The notes under the pieces were generated by a model. That model searched no databases and was not told where the DNA came from. It saw only the letters and a program-made list of their open reading frames with translations. This document shows positions 35,460 to 45,337 of a stretch of DNA of 56,301 nucleotides, piece after piece; the stretch's first letter is position 1; every line of letters starts with the position of its first letter. This stretch comes from an uncultured virus (IMG/VR IMGVR_UViG_3300002835_000043) (Duplodnaviria; Heunggongvirae; Uroviricota; Caudoviricetes). Location of the stretch: the IMG/VR virus record IMGVR_UViG_3300002835_000043, positions 62,001 to 118,301 of that record. The stretch is one strand, 5' to 3'. The translations under genes were made by a program, and so were the position numbers.

Positions 35460-35967
35460 TATCATAACAGACGAAGGATCTACTTTTCGTTTAAAATTAA
35501 AGTTTACGGATATCAATAAAAATTCCATAAACTTATTAGATCCTCCAACAAGTATTATAGAAGGATATGAAGACCAATTTCCAAAAGATTCAAATGGAAA
35601 TTTATTACCAATAAAAACATATGTTCGTATGCAAGTTAGAGATTCTGTAGATGGTGATTTAATCCTTGTTGAAGAAAACAGTTTAGCAACACAAGGTGAT
35701 GATGAAACATTATGGGGGCAAAGTGATCTTGACTATTCACATATTAAGATAGATCTTAAAGATGGTAAGAATTCATCAACAAATAAACAAGATCAACCAA
35801 ATATAATAATAACAATAAGCGCAGATGTTATGGGAAAAATACCCTATGGTAATTTTTTATATGATATTGAAATATTATTCTCTCAAGACATTATTGACCA
35901 TCCAAATGCTATTGTTTATCGAATAATGCAAGGAAGATTTGTAGTAACACCAAATATAACAAGATAA
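35440..35967 (+). CDS. Ig-like adaptor-type virion protein (YDI..EG.TF...MQVR...YDIE...G.F.V family)
   Basis: ATG at 35440 behind AGGAGGT, overlapping the portal end; paralogous to 54144..54548. Confidence 0.6.
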   Translation: MSAAYYDIITDEGSTFRLKLKFTDINKNSINLLDPPTSIIEGYEDQFPKDSNGNLLPIKTYVRMQVRDSVDGDLILVEENSLATQGDDETLWGQSDLDYSHIKIDLKDGKNSSTNKQDQPNIIITISADVMGKIPYGNFLYDIEILFSQDIIDHPNAIVYRIMQGRFVVTPNITR

Positions 35968-36013
35968 CATACGATGTAATTCTAGTGATTGTTTTTTCAG
36001 GATAATAATATAA

Positions 36014-37759
36014 ATGCTTGACTATTTATTACAAGTAGAATTAACAACACCAAGATTTTCTGTCAGAGTTTCTGGTATAGATGAAGTTATAATTTCTCCA
36101 AAAATCATAACTGATAGTGTCTTGCAATCAGAACATAAAGATAGAGTTTATAATTTAAAAACTCCTAAATGTCAAGATCTAGATTGTTCTGAATTTTATA
36201 CATCTTCATTTACTTCTGGAAAAGTATCACAATGTGGTGACTGCTTACCAAGAAGAACAAAAACCACATATACAAAACCATTCGGTTGTCCACAGTGGAA
36301 TTTTTTAAGTAGATATCTTTTTGATTCTACATTCACAAAACCAACAAGAGTAAGTGATGTCACAACTTATAACCAATACATTACTTGGTTAACTGGAGAT
36401 CCTGGTCAATCACAATTAAAACAATTTTTGGCAAAATCTGGTTATTGGTTAGGTTTACCTCCATGTGGAAAAGGAAGTTGGCAATGTTTGGTTGATTGTG
36501 CTGGTGGTGAAGTTGGTGGATGTTGGGATACTGATTCTCATGGTTCCGCTGGTTTTGGTTTAGTTTATAATATAAATGGTTCTAATTACCAAGTATATGA
36601 TCCTGTTCAAATTTTATTAGCAGGGTTAACTCCAAATGGTGGAAGTTTTCCTTTACTATCGGGTAATCCTTTGAGTGGATTAACAGCCAATGCCGGTAAT
36701 CCTTCAGATAGCGATTATGTTGGTTGTGGTAGACCATTTACCATATTAGAAGATGCTAGAAGTTGTTTAGTAAGTCAACCAAAACCAGAAGTATGTGAGG
36801 ATGAAGAATATCAACCAAAAGAAGGTGCAAATTCAAATTGGGAAAAGAAAGCAATAGAGGGTGATTTTGGTGGAAAAAGTATTTTATCTCAAGGAGAATG
36901 TTACCTAGCACCAACTACAAGCGTTATACAAAACAGTTATTCACTTGCAGGTTCTCTTGGAGGCAACATTGATGTTGGAAGATTTGATGATCCACCTTTA
37001 TTCATAGACCAAGTTATTGAGAATTGCGGTGCATGTCTTTCAAAACTTGTAGAACAAAATGATGGACCAAGTTGTTGCCAGGTTTCATATGGAAAAATTG
37101 TAGTAAGAGATTCGCCAATTTGGGATGGATCTTCATGGGGTTCTGGTGGATTTACATGGAATAATTTTTGGGACGATAGTATTCCGGATGGTGGTTTTAG
37201 AAATGACAATAACTGTGGTGATCCAACAATTCCATCGACATGTTCTTGGAGTAGTAGTTGCGACGGTCCACAATCAGGTGAAAGTGCAAATGGCATCGGA
37301 ACCATACCATGCAATAGTGGCTCATTAAAAACTTCATGTCCAGGAGAACTGATTCAAGTTGGTCATTATGAATATTATGATAATTGTTCTGGAGAAGGAG
37401 AATTGGTAGCACAATATCCAAAATTTATAACAGATTGTGATTGTTCTAATCTTCCTACATGCTATGAACTATATCAATGCCAATTACCATGTGCAGAAAA
37501 TAATCCAAATCCATATTATTATTCTCATGGTGCATCAAGAAATAAATCTGAATCAGAGTGTAATTTGAGTTCAGGACAACCTGGGTGTTTTGGTCTTGCT
37601 ACACTAATATGTGATGCAGAAGATAGACAAGAAAAAGGTGATTATGTTCCTGTTTGTTGTTCGGAAACTACTTCATATCTTTCAAAAACACCTGCTTCAG
37701 ATGGTACTGGTGGACCAGGAAGTGAGTTTGTCCCATGTCAATCTAACCTTTTTGGTTAA
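36014..37759 (+). CDS. Cysteine-rich hypothetical protein (581 aa)
   Basis: About 34 Cys with abundant G/S/D/P; no clear RBS, so the start is uncertain. Confidence 0.65.
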   Translation: MLDYLLQVELTTPRFSVRVSGIDEVIISPKIITDSVLQSEHKDRVYNLKTPKCQDLDCSEFYTSSFTSGKVSQCGDCLPRRTKTTYTKPFGCPQWNFLSRYLFDSTFTKPTRVSDVTTYNQYITWLTGDPGQSQLKQFLAKSGYWLGLPPCGKGSWQCLVDCAGGEVGGCWDTDSHGSAGFGLVYNINGSNYQVYDPVQILLAGLTPNGGSFPLLSGNPLSGLTANAGNPSDSDYVGCGRPFTILEDARSCLVSQPKPEVCEDEEYQPKEGANSNWEKKAIEGDFGGKSILSQGECYLAPTTSVIQNSYSLAGSLGGNIDVGRFDDPPLFIDQVIENCGACLSKLVEQNDGPSCCQVSYGKIVVRDSPIWDGSSWGSGGFTWNNFWDDSIPDGGFRNDNNCGDPTIPSTCSWSSSCDGPQSGESANGIGTIPCNSGSLKTSCPGELIQVGHYEYYDNCSGEGELVAQYPKFITDCDCSNLPTCYELYQCQLPCAENNPNPYYYSHGASRNKSESECNLSSGQPGCFGLATLICDAEDRQEKGDYVPVCCSETTSYLSKTPASDGTGGPGSEFVPCQSNLFG

Positions 37760-37805
37760 TAAACACTAAAAATTATTTTTAATATATAAGATAAAGGATT
37801 AAAAT

Positions 37806-37994
37806 ATGAGCGATTTTATTAATAAATTATTGAATGGTGATTTGGATGGTTTCAGACAAGAAATTTTCAATACTCTCTATCAAAGAGCAGGTGAGAGTTT
37901 TGAAGAAAGAAAAACAGAAATTGCAAACAATCTCTACTCAACACCCGAACAAGAGGCTGACGAAGTAGAGGAAGTAGAAGAAACAGAGGAATAA
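37806..37994 (+). CDS. gp67: Small acidic prohead core protein, gp67-like
   Basis: Size, acidic tail, ERKTEIA motif, position before gp21. Confidence 0.65.
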   Translation: MSDFINKLLNGDLDGFRQEIFNTLYQRAGESFEERKTEIANNLYSTPEQEADEVEEVEETEE

Positions 37995-37997
37995 TCA

Positions 37998-38654
37998 ATG
38001 AAACTAATCACAGAAACAGTTCAAGATGTTAAGTATGTAACCGAAGCAGCAGAAGACGGTAAAAAGTCACTTTTTATCGTTGGTCCTTACATGGTTGCTG
38101 AAGAACAAAACCGTAATGGTAGAGTTTATTCACAAAAAATACTCGAAGGTGCTGTTAAAAAATACATGCAAAATTATGTAAAAGAAGGCAGAGCATTCGG
38201 TGAACTAGGACATCCAGAAGGACCAACTGTAAATCTTGATAAAGTTTCACATTTAATTAAAGATCTAACATTCAGTGGTAATGTTTGCGAAGGTAAGGCT
38301 AAAATTTTAACAAATACTCCAATGGGTAAGATCGCAAGCAGTCTTATTGAAGAAGGTGCAAAATTAGGTGTTTCAAGCCGTGGTATGGGTTCTTTGAGAG
38401 AATTTCAAGGTGTAAACCATGTTCAAGAAGACTTTATGCTTGCAGCAGTAGACATTGTTGCAGATCCATCAGCCCCAGGTGCTTTCGTTAATGGTATCAT
38501 GGAAGGTAAGGAATGGGTCTGGAATAACGGAATTATGCAAGAAGTTCAAATATCAAATTATAAAAAAGCGATGATGAATACTTCTAGAAAAGATCTAGAA
38601 CAAACACAATTAAAGATATTCGAACATTTCTTGTCAAAGATTAAAGAATTATAA
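37998..38654 (+). CDS. gp21: Prohead protease
   Basis: MKLITE, NRNGRVY, GELGHP, GVSSRGMGS, DIVADPSAP. Confidence 0.98.
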   Translation: MKLITETVQDVKYVTEAAEDGKKSLFIVGPYMVAEEQNRNGRVYSQKILEGAVKKYMQNYVKEGRAFGELGHPEGPTVNLDKVSHLIKDLTFSGNVCEGKAKILTNTPMGKIASSLIEEGAKLGVSSRGMGSLREFQGVNHVQEDFMLAAVDIVADPSAPGAFVNGIMEGKEWVWNNGIMQEVQISNYKKAMMNTSRKDLEQTQLKIFEHFLSKIKEL

Positions 38655-38657
38655 ATA
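38650..38657 (+). promoter_or_regulatory. Late promoter TATAAATA (gp22)
   Basis: Exact consensus overlapping the gp21 stop. Confidence 0.85.
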
Positions 38658-38692
38658 AAAACAGACAAAGATCGATCAAGGAGATTATCAAA

Positions 38693-39829
38693 ATGGATCC
38701 AAAGAAACTAGCAGAAGAAATTCTAAACCAACTCTTTCCACAACAAGAAGAGCTCGTAGAAGAGCAAGAAACTGAAGAAGAGGAAGAGGAAGGCGAAGAA
38801 GAAGAAGGCGAAGAAGAAAACAACAACGAAAGTGAGCAAGAAGGTAAGACACCACTTGCAAATACTCTTAATATGAAGTCTTCTGCTCCAGCAGGATCAA
38901 CTTCTGGCAAAGGTACATTTGACGCATCAGGTAAGGGTGTTCAACCATTCCCAGGTGTAGGTCAACCACAAGAATTTGAAGCAACCAATGTTTCAGCAGA
39001 AGCAAACCAAGCAACATTAAACATGAAGCCATCATTTGCTGGTGTTCAAATGCCAGCACTAAACAAGGCAAAGGTTCAAGAGGATGTTAAGACACTCTTT
39101 GGTGCTGATGTATCAGAAGAGTTTGTCGAGAAGGCATCATCACTCTATGAGGCTTCACTAAACACAAATCTACAAACAATCACAGAGCAAATGGCAAATC
39201 TCTTCGAAGAGAAACTTGCAGAGCAAACTATGATTGTTGCTGAAGAATTAGAAAACAAGATTAACGATTACCTATCATATGTCGTAGAAGAATGGGTAAC
39301 AGAAAATCAACTTGCCGTCGATAATGGTCTTCGTACAGAGATTGCAGAAAACTTTATTGAAGGTCTAAAGAATCTCTTTGTAGAATCCTACATTGAAGTT
39401 CCACAAGATAAGACAAATATTTTTGATGAAATGACAACTGCAATTGAAACTCTAGAAACCCGTGTAAACGAAGAGATTGCAAATAATGTATCTCTCCGTG
39501 AGAAGGTTGCATTACTAGAAGCAACAGCAGCATTTGAAGAGGAAACAAAGAGCCTAAAGGCAATTGATGCAGAAAACCTAAGAAAACTCGCTGAGAATGT
39601 AGAATTCTCAAGTGTAGAGGATTTCCGCTCAAAGGTAAAGGTTCTTGTTGAGAACTATTCAAAGGCTAAGGCTGCTCCAGCAAAGGTCGAGAAAACAGCA
39701 GAAAACACCCAAGTCGGTGCTGTAATCGACAATTTGATGGAAGAAACTCACTCAAACGAAGAACAACAATTCGTAAACGAGAGCATTAAGTTATACGCTA
39801 ATGTCCTCGGAAGAACACTCGAAGGTTAA
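38693..39829 (+). CDS. gp22: Prohead core scaffold protein
   Basis: Acidic; YLSYVVEEW..EN.LAV..GLRTEIAENFI.GLK.LF.E.YI; located between gp21 and gp23. Confidence 0.95.
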   Translation: MDPKKLAEEILNQLFPQQEELVEEQETEEEEEEGEEEEGEEENNNESEQEGKTPLANTLNMKSSAPAGSTSGKGTFDASGKGVQPFPGVGQPQEFEATNVSAEANQATLNMKPSFAGVQMPALNKAKVQEDVKTLFGADVSEEFVEKASSLYEASLNTNLQTITEQMANLFEEKLAEQTMIVAEELENKINDYLSYVVEEWVTENQLAVDNGLRTEIAENFIEGLKNLFVESYIEVPQDKTNIFDEMTTAIETLETRVNEEIANNVSLREKVALLEATAAFEEETKSLKAIDAENLRKLAENVEFSSVEDFRSKVKVLVENYSKAKAAPAKVEKTAENTQVGAVIDNLMEETHSNEEQQFVNESIKLYANVLGRTLEG

Positions 39830-39885
39830 GTCTAAAAAATTAAAATTATATATAAAATAGAATTCTAAAAAGGAGCTAGAAAAAA

Positions 39886-41358
39886 ATGGACCCCACTCGT
39901 CAATTACTTTCAGAATCAACAAAGAACAAATGGAAGCCAATCCTTGAGCACAAGGCACTTCCAGAAATCAAAGACAATTACAGAAAGCATGTCACCACAG
40001 TTCTCCTAGAGAACCAAGAACAATGCCTAAGAGAAGCACAAGGCATTCTAGGTACACAACTAGGTACAGCAAACGCAGGTGCAGGCACAACAACTGGTAT
40101 TGATTCATTCGATCCAATCCTCATCAGCCTCGTTCGCCGTGCAATGCCAAATCTAATGGCATACGACATCGCTGGTGTTCAACCAATGACCGGTCCAACC
40201 GGACTCATCTTCGCAATGAAGAGTCGTTACGGTGGTGCAGCTGATTCCACAGGTCTAAGAAGTGGTGCAGAAGCACTCTTCGGCGAAGCAGATACAGGTT
40301 TCGGTAACAGCAGTAGCGTTTCTGGTAAAACAGGATCAGGTGCTGGTACTCAACAAGGTACAATGGGTAACCTCTTTTCTGATGATATAGGCAACACAGA
40401 CGGTTCTTTTGAGCCAGGTCGTGGTATGTCAACCAGTATTGGTGAAAACCTTGGTGGTGGAGCATCTGTAAATGGTGGTACATACGGTTTCAATGAAATG
40501 TCATTCACAATCGAGAAGACAGCAGTTGAAGCAAAGACTCGCGCTCTAAAGGCAGAGTACACCATCGAAATGGCACAAGACCTCAAGGCAGTTCACGGTC
40601 TAGATGCTGAAACCGAACTCGCAAACATCCTCTCAACCGAGATCATGTTTGAAATCAACCGTGAACTAGTAAGACTAGTTTATGATGTTGCTAAGCTCGG
40701 TGCTCAACAAGCAGATCTTGCTGCAAAATCAGTTGCAGTTCTCGGTTCAACAACCGGCGGTGTTTACGATCTAGAGAAGGACTCAGACGGTCGTTGGAGT
40801 GCTGAGAAGTTCCGTGGTCTACAATTCCAAATCGAGCGTGAAGCAAATGTTATTGGTTCAGAGACTCGTAGAGGTCGTGCAAACATGGCAATCGTAAGCC
40901 CAGATGTTGCTTCAGCCCTCGCAATGAGTGGTATCCTTGACTTCAGCCCAGCATTCAACAGTGCAATGAATACTGATGTCAATGGTAACACCCTCGCAGG
41001 AACCATCTCAGGTGGTAAGATTAAGGTTTACATTGATCCATACTCAATGCCAACACATGTTGACACATGGAGTCCAATCAATTATGTTTGCGTAGGTTAT
41101 AAGGGTACAAGCCCATACGACGCAGGTATCTTCTACTGCCCATATGTACCTCTACAAATGGTAAGAGCAGTTGATACAAGTACCTTCCAACCAAAGATTG
41201 GTTTCAAGACTCGTTACGGTATCGTAAGCAACCCATTCGTTCTAGGTTCAGACAACAGCCCAGACGCAATGAGACTACAACGCAGAAGAAACCAATACTA
41301 CCGCATTTTCCGCGTAGACAACCTACACGGTAACGATGCAAGTTACGGTGGTACATGA
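39886..41358 (+). CDS. gp23: Major capsid protein
   Basis: KWKPILE, LISLVRRAMPNL, GVQPMTGPTGLIFAM, RALKAEY, FQPKIGFKTRYG. Confidence 0.99.
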   Translation: MDPTRQLLSESTKNKWKPILEHKALPEIKDNYRKHVTTVLLENQEQCLREAQGILGTQLGTANAGAGTTTGIDSFDPILISLVRRAMPNLMAYDIAGVQPMTGPTGLIFAMKSRYGGAADSTGLRSGAEALFGEADTGFGNSSSVSGKTGSGAGTQQGTMGNLFSDDIGNTDGSFEPGRGMSTSIGENLGGGASVNGGTYGFNEMSFTIEKTAVEAKTRALKAEYTIEMAQDLKAVHGLDAETELANILSTEIMFEINRELVRLVYDVAKLGAQQADLAAKSVAVLGSTTGGVYDLEKDSDGRWSAEKFRGLQFQIEREANVIGSETRRGRANMAIVSPDVASALAMSGILDFSPAFNSAMNTDVNGNTLAGTISGGKIKVYIDPYSMPTHVDTWSPINYVCVGYKGTSPYDAGIFYCPYVPLQMVRAVDTSTFQPKIGFKTRYGIVSNPFVLGSDNSPDAMRLQRRRNQYYRIFRVDNLHGNDASYGGT

Positions 41359-41380
41359 TAGAATCTAGTTTCTGAACGAG

Positions 41381-41412
41381 AGGGGAGGTCGAAAGACCTC
41401 CCCTTATCATTT
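41381..41412 (+). terminator. Rho-independent terminator after gp23
   Basis: Stem aggggaggtc - GAAA tetraloop - gacctcccct, then tatcattt. Confidence 0.85.
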
Positions 41413-41413
41413 C

Positions 41414-41421
41414 TATAAATA
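41414..41421 (+). promoter_or_regulatory. Late promoter TATAAATA (gp3)
   Basis: Exact consensus ending 5 nt before the ATG. Confidence 0.85.
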
Positions 41422-41426
41422 CTTGT

Positions 41427-41957
41427 ATGGAAAATCCAGTATTACAAACATTAACAGCAAGAGAACCACAAACTCTTAACTCATTAGCAGCAAATAAATT
41501 TCGTGTTGTATTTCATAAAATACCTCATGTAGTTTATTTTTGTCAATCTGTAAATCTTCCCGGAATATCAATAAATGAATATACACAACCAACACCATTT
41601 GCTACACCTGTTCGTAGACCTATGGGTGGATTAACTTATGACAATTTTGACATGTCATTTATTCTTGCAGAAGATATGGAAAACTGGAAGCAAATACATG
41701 ATTGGTTAATTAAACTTCCACCAACAATAAATTTTGCAAATAATTATCAAAAGTATGAAGATAATTTTTCAGATGCAACATTATTGGTTTTAAATAGTAA
41801 TTCAAAACCATTTTTAACTGTTAATTTTAGAAATTGTTTTCCTACAAATATCGGATCAGTACAATTTGAAACAGATGTAAGTGATGTTTCACCTTTAAAA
41901 TGTCAGGCATCATTTGCGTATACTGGTTATTATATTGAGAAGTTGACTACTTCATAA
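41427..41957 (+). CDS. gp3: Tail completion / tube terminator
   Basis: YFCQSVNLPGI, EDMENWKQIHDW, SDATLLVLNS, F.NCFP. Confidence 0.93.
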   Translation: MENPVLQTLTAREPQTLNSLAANKFRVVFHKIPHVVYFCQSVNLPGISINEYTQPTPFATPVRRPMGGLTYDNFDMSFILAEDMENWKQIHDWLIKLPPTINFANNYQKYEDNFSDATLLVLNSNSKPFLTVNFRNCFPTNIGSVQFETDVSDVSPLKCQASFAYTGYYIEKLTTS

Positions 41958-41970
41958 TCCGTGATATAAT
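41943..41970 (+). promoter_or_regulatory. sigma70-type early/middle promoter for uvsY
   Basis: TTGACT-N16-TATAAT with an extended -10 TG. Confidence 0.7.
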
Positions 41971-41976
41971 TACATC

Positions 41977-42414
41977 ATGACTTTAAATGAACTAATCGAA
42001 CAAGCAAAACAAGACATGAAGTTTGACGATACAGAACTCGATAAGGAGTCTCTGCGTATTCCCCAGTTACATAACAAGTATCTCAATTTTTATCATGAAG
42101 AGAAGTTGCGATATCAGGGATATAAAACAAATTATTCCAAGATGTTCAAACTCAAATGGGAATACTATTGTGGTAAACTCAGCGAGGATCAATTAAAAGA
42201 ACTTGGATGGGAACCATTTGATCTAAAGATTCTTCGTCAGGATGTAGACATCTATCTAGATGCTGATAAAGATCTAATTGAATTAAAGAATAAGATGTCA
42301 ATTCAAGAAGAAAAGGTAGATTATTTGAGTTCTGTCCTCAAAGGAATCATGAATCGACAGTTTCATATACGCGACGCTATCTCTTGGCGCAAGTTCCTCA
42401 ACGGAAGTATATGA
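41977..42414 (+). CDS. uvsY: Recombination mediator UvsY
   Basis: LDKESLRIPQLHNKYL, WEYY.GK, YLDAD, R.FHIRDAI.WRKF. Confidence 0.93.
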   Translation: MTLNELIEQAKQDMKFDDTELDKESLRIPQLHNKYLNFYHEEKLRYQGYKTNYSKMFKLKWEYYCGKLSEDQLKELGWEPFDLKILRQDVDIYLDADKDLIELKNKMSIQEEKVDYLSSVLKGIMNRQFHIRDAISWRKFLNGSI

Positions 42415-42427
42415 TAAATACTTGTAT

Positions 42428-43945
42428 ATGGATTTAGTGATTGAACCGTTAGACTCTGTTTATATAAAGGTGGACTGTGATAGAAGTTTTGCAAAGGAGT
42501 TATCTGACTACTTTACCTTCAAAGTCCCAGGACATAAGTTCATGCCTGCCTACAGAAATAAACTGTGGGACGGACAGATCAAGTTGTATAACATCTACGG
42601 ACAAACTATCTACGCAGGACTTGAAGACTATGTTATCCAGTTTGCCAAGGATAGGTCATATTCGGTTGAGAACCGAATTACAAAAAATAAAGATAGAGTC
42701 ACTCTTGAACAGGTTATAGAGTATATTAAGACTCTGAACCCCCACGCTGCAGGAAAGCGTCTAGAACCCCACCAGCACCAGTTAGAAGCGATCCTACACG
42801 CTTTAAACGAGCGTAGGAGCCTTCTATTGTCTCCCACAGGGTCAGGTAAGAGTCTAATCATATATGTCCTATGTCGTTATTTGTTAAATCTACTACCAGA
42901 AGATAAAAAAATACTAATAATCGTCCCAACCATATCCCTAGTCACCCAGATGTATTCAGACTTTTTTGAATATTCATCCAAGACTGGTTGGAAGACTAGA
43001 GAACATTGTCATAAAATTCACGGTGGTCAGGATAAGGATTCCGATAAAAGAATTATTATTTCAACTTGGCAGAGTATTTACAAAATGCCAAAGAAATACT
43101 TTGATCAATTTGAAGCAGTGATTGGAGATGAATGTCACTTATTCAAATCCAAATCTTTGAGCACTATTATGTCAAAATTAACAACATGCGATTGGCGTAT
43201 TGGTACAACTGGTACTCTTGATGGTAGTATGACACATAAATTGGTAATTGAAGGATTGTTCGGTAGAGTAAAGAAAGTTACATCTACAAAAGAATTGATG
43301 GATAAAGATATTCTTTCTGAACTATCAATTGATTGTTTAGTTCTTCAATATCCAGAAGAAGTACGAAGAGCAATTAAAAAATTAACTTATAAAGAAGAAA
43401 TAGATTGGATTATTTCAAATCAAGCAAGAAACGAATTTATTTCAAATCTTGCTTTGAACTTAAAAGGTAATACACTTGTTTTATTCCAATTTGTTGAGAA
43501 GCATGGTATGGTGCTTCATCAACTTATAGAGAAACTAAATACTAAGGACAAGAAAGTTTTCTTTGTCTATGGTGGCACTGATGTTGAGATGCGTGAACAA
43601 GTTCGTAAGTTATGTGAAAAACAAGACAACGCAATCATCATTGCTTCATACGGAACCTTCTCTACAGGCATCTCAATCCGAAGACTACATAATATTGTAT
43701 TCTCCTCTCCATCGAAGAGCAGAATACGGGTCTTACAAAGTATTGGTAGACAGTTAAGAAAATCTGAACACAAAGATAAGGCTAGACTCTTCGATATTGC
43801 AGACGACTTACATTGGAAGTCTTATCAAAATCACACTCTTCGTCATTACAATGAGCGATTAAAAATTTATGAATCCGAGAAGTTCTCGCACAAGAAGTTA
43901 AGTATCAAATTGGAGAGCACATGCAAGACAACGGATACAGACTAA
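42428..43945 (+). CDS. uvsW: RNA-DNA/DNA helicase UvsW
   Basis: FTF.VPG.KFMP, WDG.I, SPTGSGKS, GDECH, ASYGTFSTGI, LQSIGR; ATG 42428 preferred over TTG 42422. Confidence 0.97.
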   Translation: MDLVIEPLDSVYIKVDCDRSFAKELSDYFTFKVPGHKFMPAYRNKLWDGQIKLYNIYGQTIYAGLEDYVIQFAKDRSYSVENRITKNKDRVTLEQVIEYIKTLNPHAAGKRLEPHQHQLEAILHALNERRSLLLSPTGSGKSLIIYVLCRYLLNLLPEDKKILIIVPTISLVTQMYSDFFEYSSKTGWKTREHCHKIHGGQDKDSDKRIIISTWQSIYKMPKKYFDQFEAVIGDECHLFKSKSLSTIMSKLTTCDWRIGTTGTLDGSMTHKLVIEGLFGRVKKVTSTKELMDKDILSELSIDCLVLQYPEEVRRAIKKLTYKEEIDWIISNQARNEFISNLALNLKGNTLVLFQFVEKHGMVLHQLIEKLNTKDKKVFFVYGGTDVEMREQVRKLCEKQDNAIIIASYGTFSTGISIRRLHNIVFSSPSKSRIRVLQSIGRQLRKSEHKDKARLFDIADDLHWKSYQNHTLRHYNERLKIYESEKFSHKKLSIKLESTCKTTDTD

Positions 43946-44577
43946 TTAAACTCAAGAATGGTGATATTTTAATATCAAAAGTTCTTGAAATAAGAAAAAA
44001 GACTTTAGTTGTTGAAAGACCAATGCAGTTTAAAACTGTGGTTCTTGTGAATCAGAACAATATGACTAACACTGAAATGGTAGTGTTTAAACCTTGGATT
44101 GATTATACAATAGACAGAATTACAGAAATAGCAGCAGATGGTATTATTGCTATTTCAATGCCTGATTCAAAAATTTCTTCATGCTATGATTTAGAAAAAG
44201 AAAAAGAAGACAATCCTGCTATAAGCCAACAAGCACAAAATCTTCAAGATATGACTGAAGAGATTATGGGTACTCCTACAACACAAAATTCAAATGTACC
44301 ACCAGAAAATGTTAATGTAACATTTAGTGTTCCGCCAGATATGGCAGAAGAAATAATCGATATGATGGCAGAGGCAAAAGCATGGGAAAATATAGATGAA
44401 GAAGATTTTGAGGATGAAGATCTTTTCCCAGAGGTTAAGCCCCGTAAGAAGGCAAAGAAAAAGAAGAAGGTAGATCCTTCTTCTAATAAACCCCATCAAA
44501 AGAAAAATAAAAAGGATTCCAATGACTTCGGTAATGATTGGTCTGATTGGAGTCCTGATCCTAAAGACTATATCTAG
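43921..44577 (+). CDS. Conserved T4-like hypothetical protein (Sm-like N-terminus) between uvsW and gp55
   Basis: LIKLKNGDILI...RPM...KPWI; acidic then Lys-rich tail. Confidence 0.6.
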   Translation: MQDNGYRLIKLKNGDILISKVLEIRKKTLVVERPMQFKTVVLVNQNNMTNTEMVVFKPWIDYTIDRITEIAADGIIAISMPDSKISSCYDLEKEKEDNPAISQQAQNLQDMTEEIMGTPTTQNSNVPPENVNVTFSVPPDMAEEIIDMMAEAKAWENIDEEDFEDEDLFPEVKPRKKAKKKKKVDPSSNKPHQKKNKKDSNDFGNDWSDWSPDPKDYI

Positions 44578-44608
44578 AATAGATCATTAGGTGAACCGTG
44601 ACACACTA

Positions 44609-44636
44609 AGTGTAACGAGCGAAAAGGAAATGTCAA
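44609..44636 (-). promoter_or_regulatory. Putative antisense sigma70-type promoter
   Basis: Minus strand reads TTGACA-N16-TACACT. Confidence 0.45.
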
Positions 44637-44646
44637 TAGATTTTCC

Positions 44647-44674
44647 TTGAAATTCTTTCCAGATGGTGTATGAT
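44647..44674 (+). promoter_or_regulatory. sigma70-type promoter for gp55
   Basis: TTGAAA-N16-TATGAT, then GGAG RBS. Confidence 0.55.
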
Positions 44675-44695
44675 CCTTTTGTAATGGAGTAAAAT

Positions 44696-45337
44696 ATGAA
44701 AAAGAAAAAGAAGACAAAGAAAAAGAAATCTAAAGTAGAAGTGAAATTGACAGATGATATAGTCGATGATATAAAAGGTTTCTTAGTAGTAGAAGAAAAA
44801 CCAGAAAAAACCAAAAAAGTAAAAGCACATTACATTGATAATAAGAAATTTTTCAGTGAAATGGTAGAGTGGAAAAAGCAAGTAAAAGAAGCAAAAGAAA
44901 CTGGAGATCCCATTCCACCAGTCACCGAATATATTGGACATTGCTTTTTAGAGATAGCAGAAAACTTATCCAAAAAACCCAATTTTATGAACTATCCATT
45001 TAAGGATGAAATGGTTGGTGATGGTATAGAAAACTGTTTGATGTATTGTGAAAATTTTGATCCAGATAAATCAAACAATCCATTTTCATATTTTACTCAA
45101 ATCATTTATTATGCATTTCTTCGTCGCATACAAAAAGAAAAGAAGCAAAACTATATCAAATATAAATTCCTAGAGTCAATGGATCATGATGGCGATTTTA
45201 GTCAATATCTGAAGGCTATGGGTATAACAGAAGAAGAGCAAGAAGTATATAAAAAACAAGACGAAGAAAAAAATGATAAGAAGCGTAAGAAGCGTAAGAA
45301 GAAAAAGAAAACATTAGAATCCTTTATGGAGGACTAA
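44696..45337 (+). CDS. gp55: Late transcription sigma factor
   Basis: HYIDNKKF, PNFMNY, DGIENC, NPFSYFTQIIYYAFLRRIQKEKKQ. Confidence 0.97.
   Translation: MKKKKKTKKKKSKVEVKLTDDIVDDIKGFLVVEEKPEKTKKVKAHYIDNKKFFSEMVEWKKQVKEAKETGDPIPPVTEYIGHCFLEIAENLSKKPNFMNYPFKDEMVGDGIENCLMYCENFDPDKSNNPFSYFTQIIYYAFLRRIQKEKKQNYIKYKFLESMDHDGDFSQYLKAMGITEEEQEVYKKQDEEKNDKKRKKRKKKKKTLESFMED

Noticed and set aside
38760..38840. GAA-rich simple repeat
   Set aside because: It encodes the ordinary acidic stretch of scaffold gp22.
38693..41358. Higher GC in gp22-gp23 as a sign of horizontal transfer
   Set aside because: Better explained by codon optimisation of highly expressed capsid genes.
29522..43945. Possible inteins, introns or homing endonucleases in gp17, gp20, gp23 and uvsW
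   Set aside because: Lengths are normal and motifs contiguous; no intein, LAGLIDADG, GIY-YIG or HNH signatures were seen.
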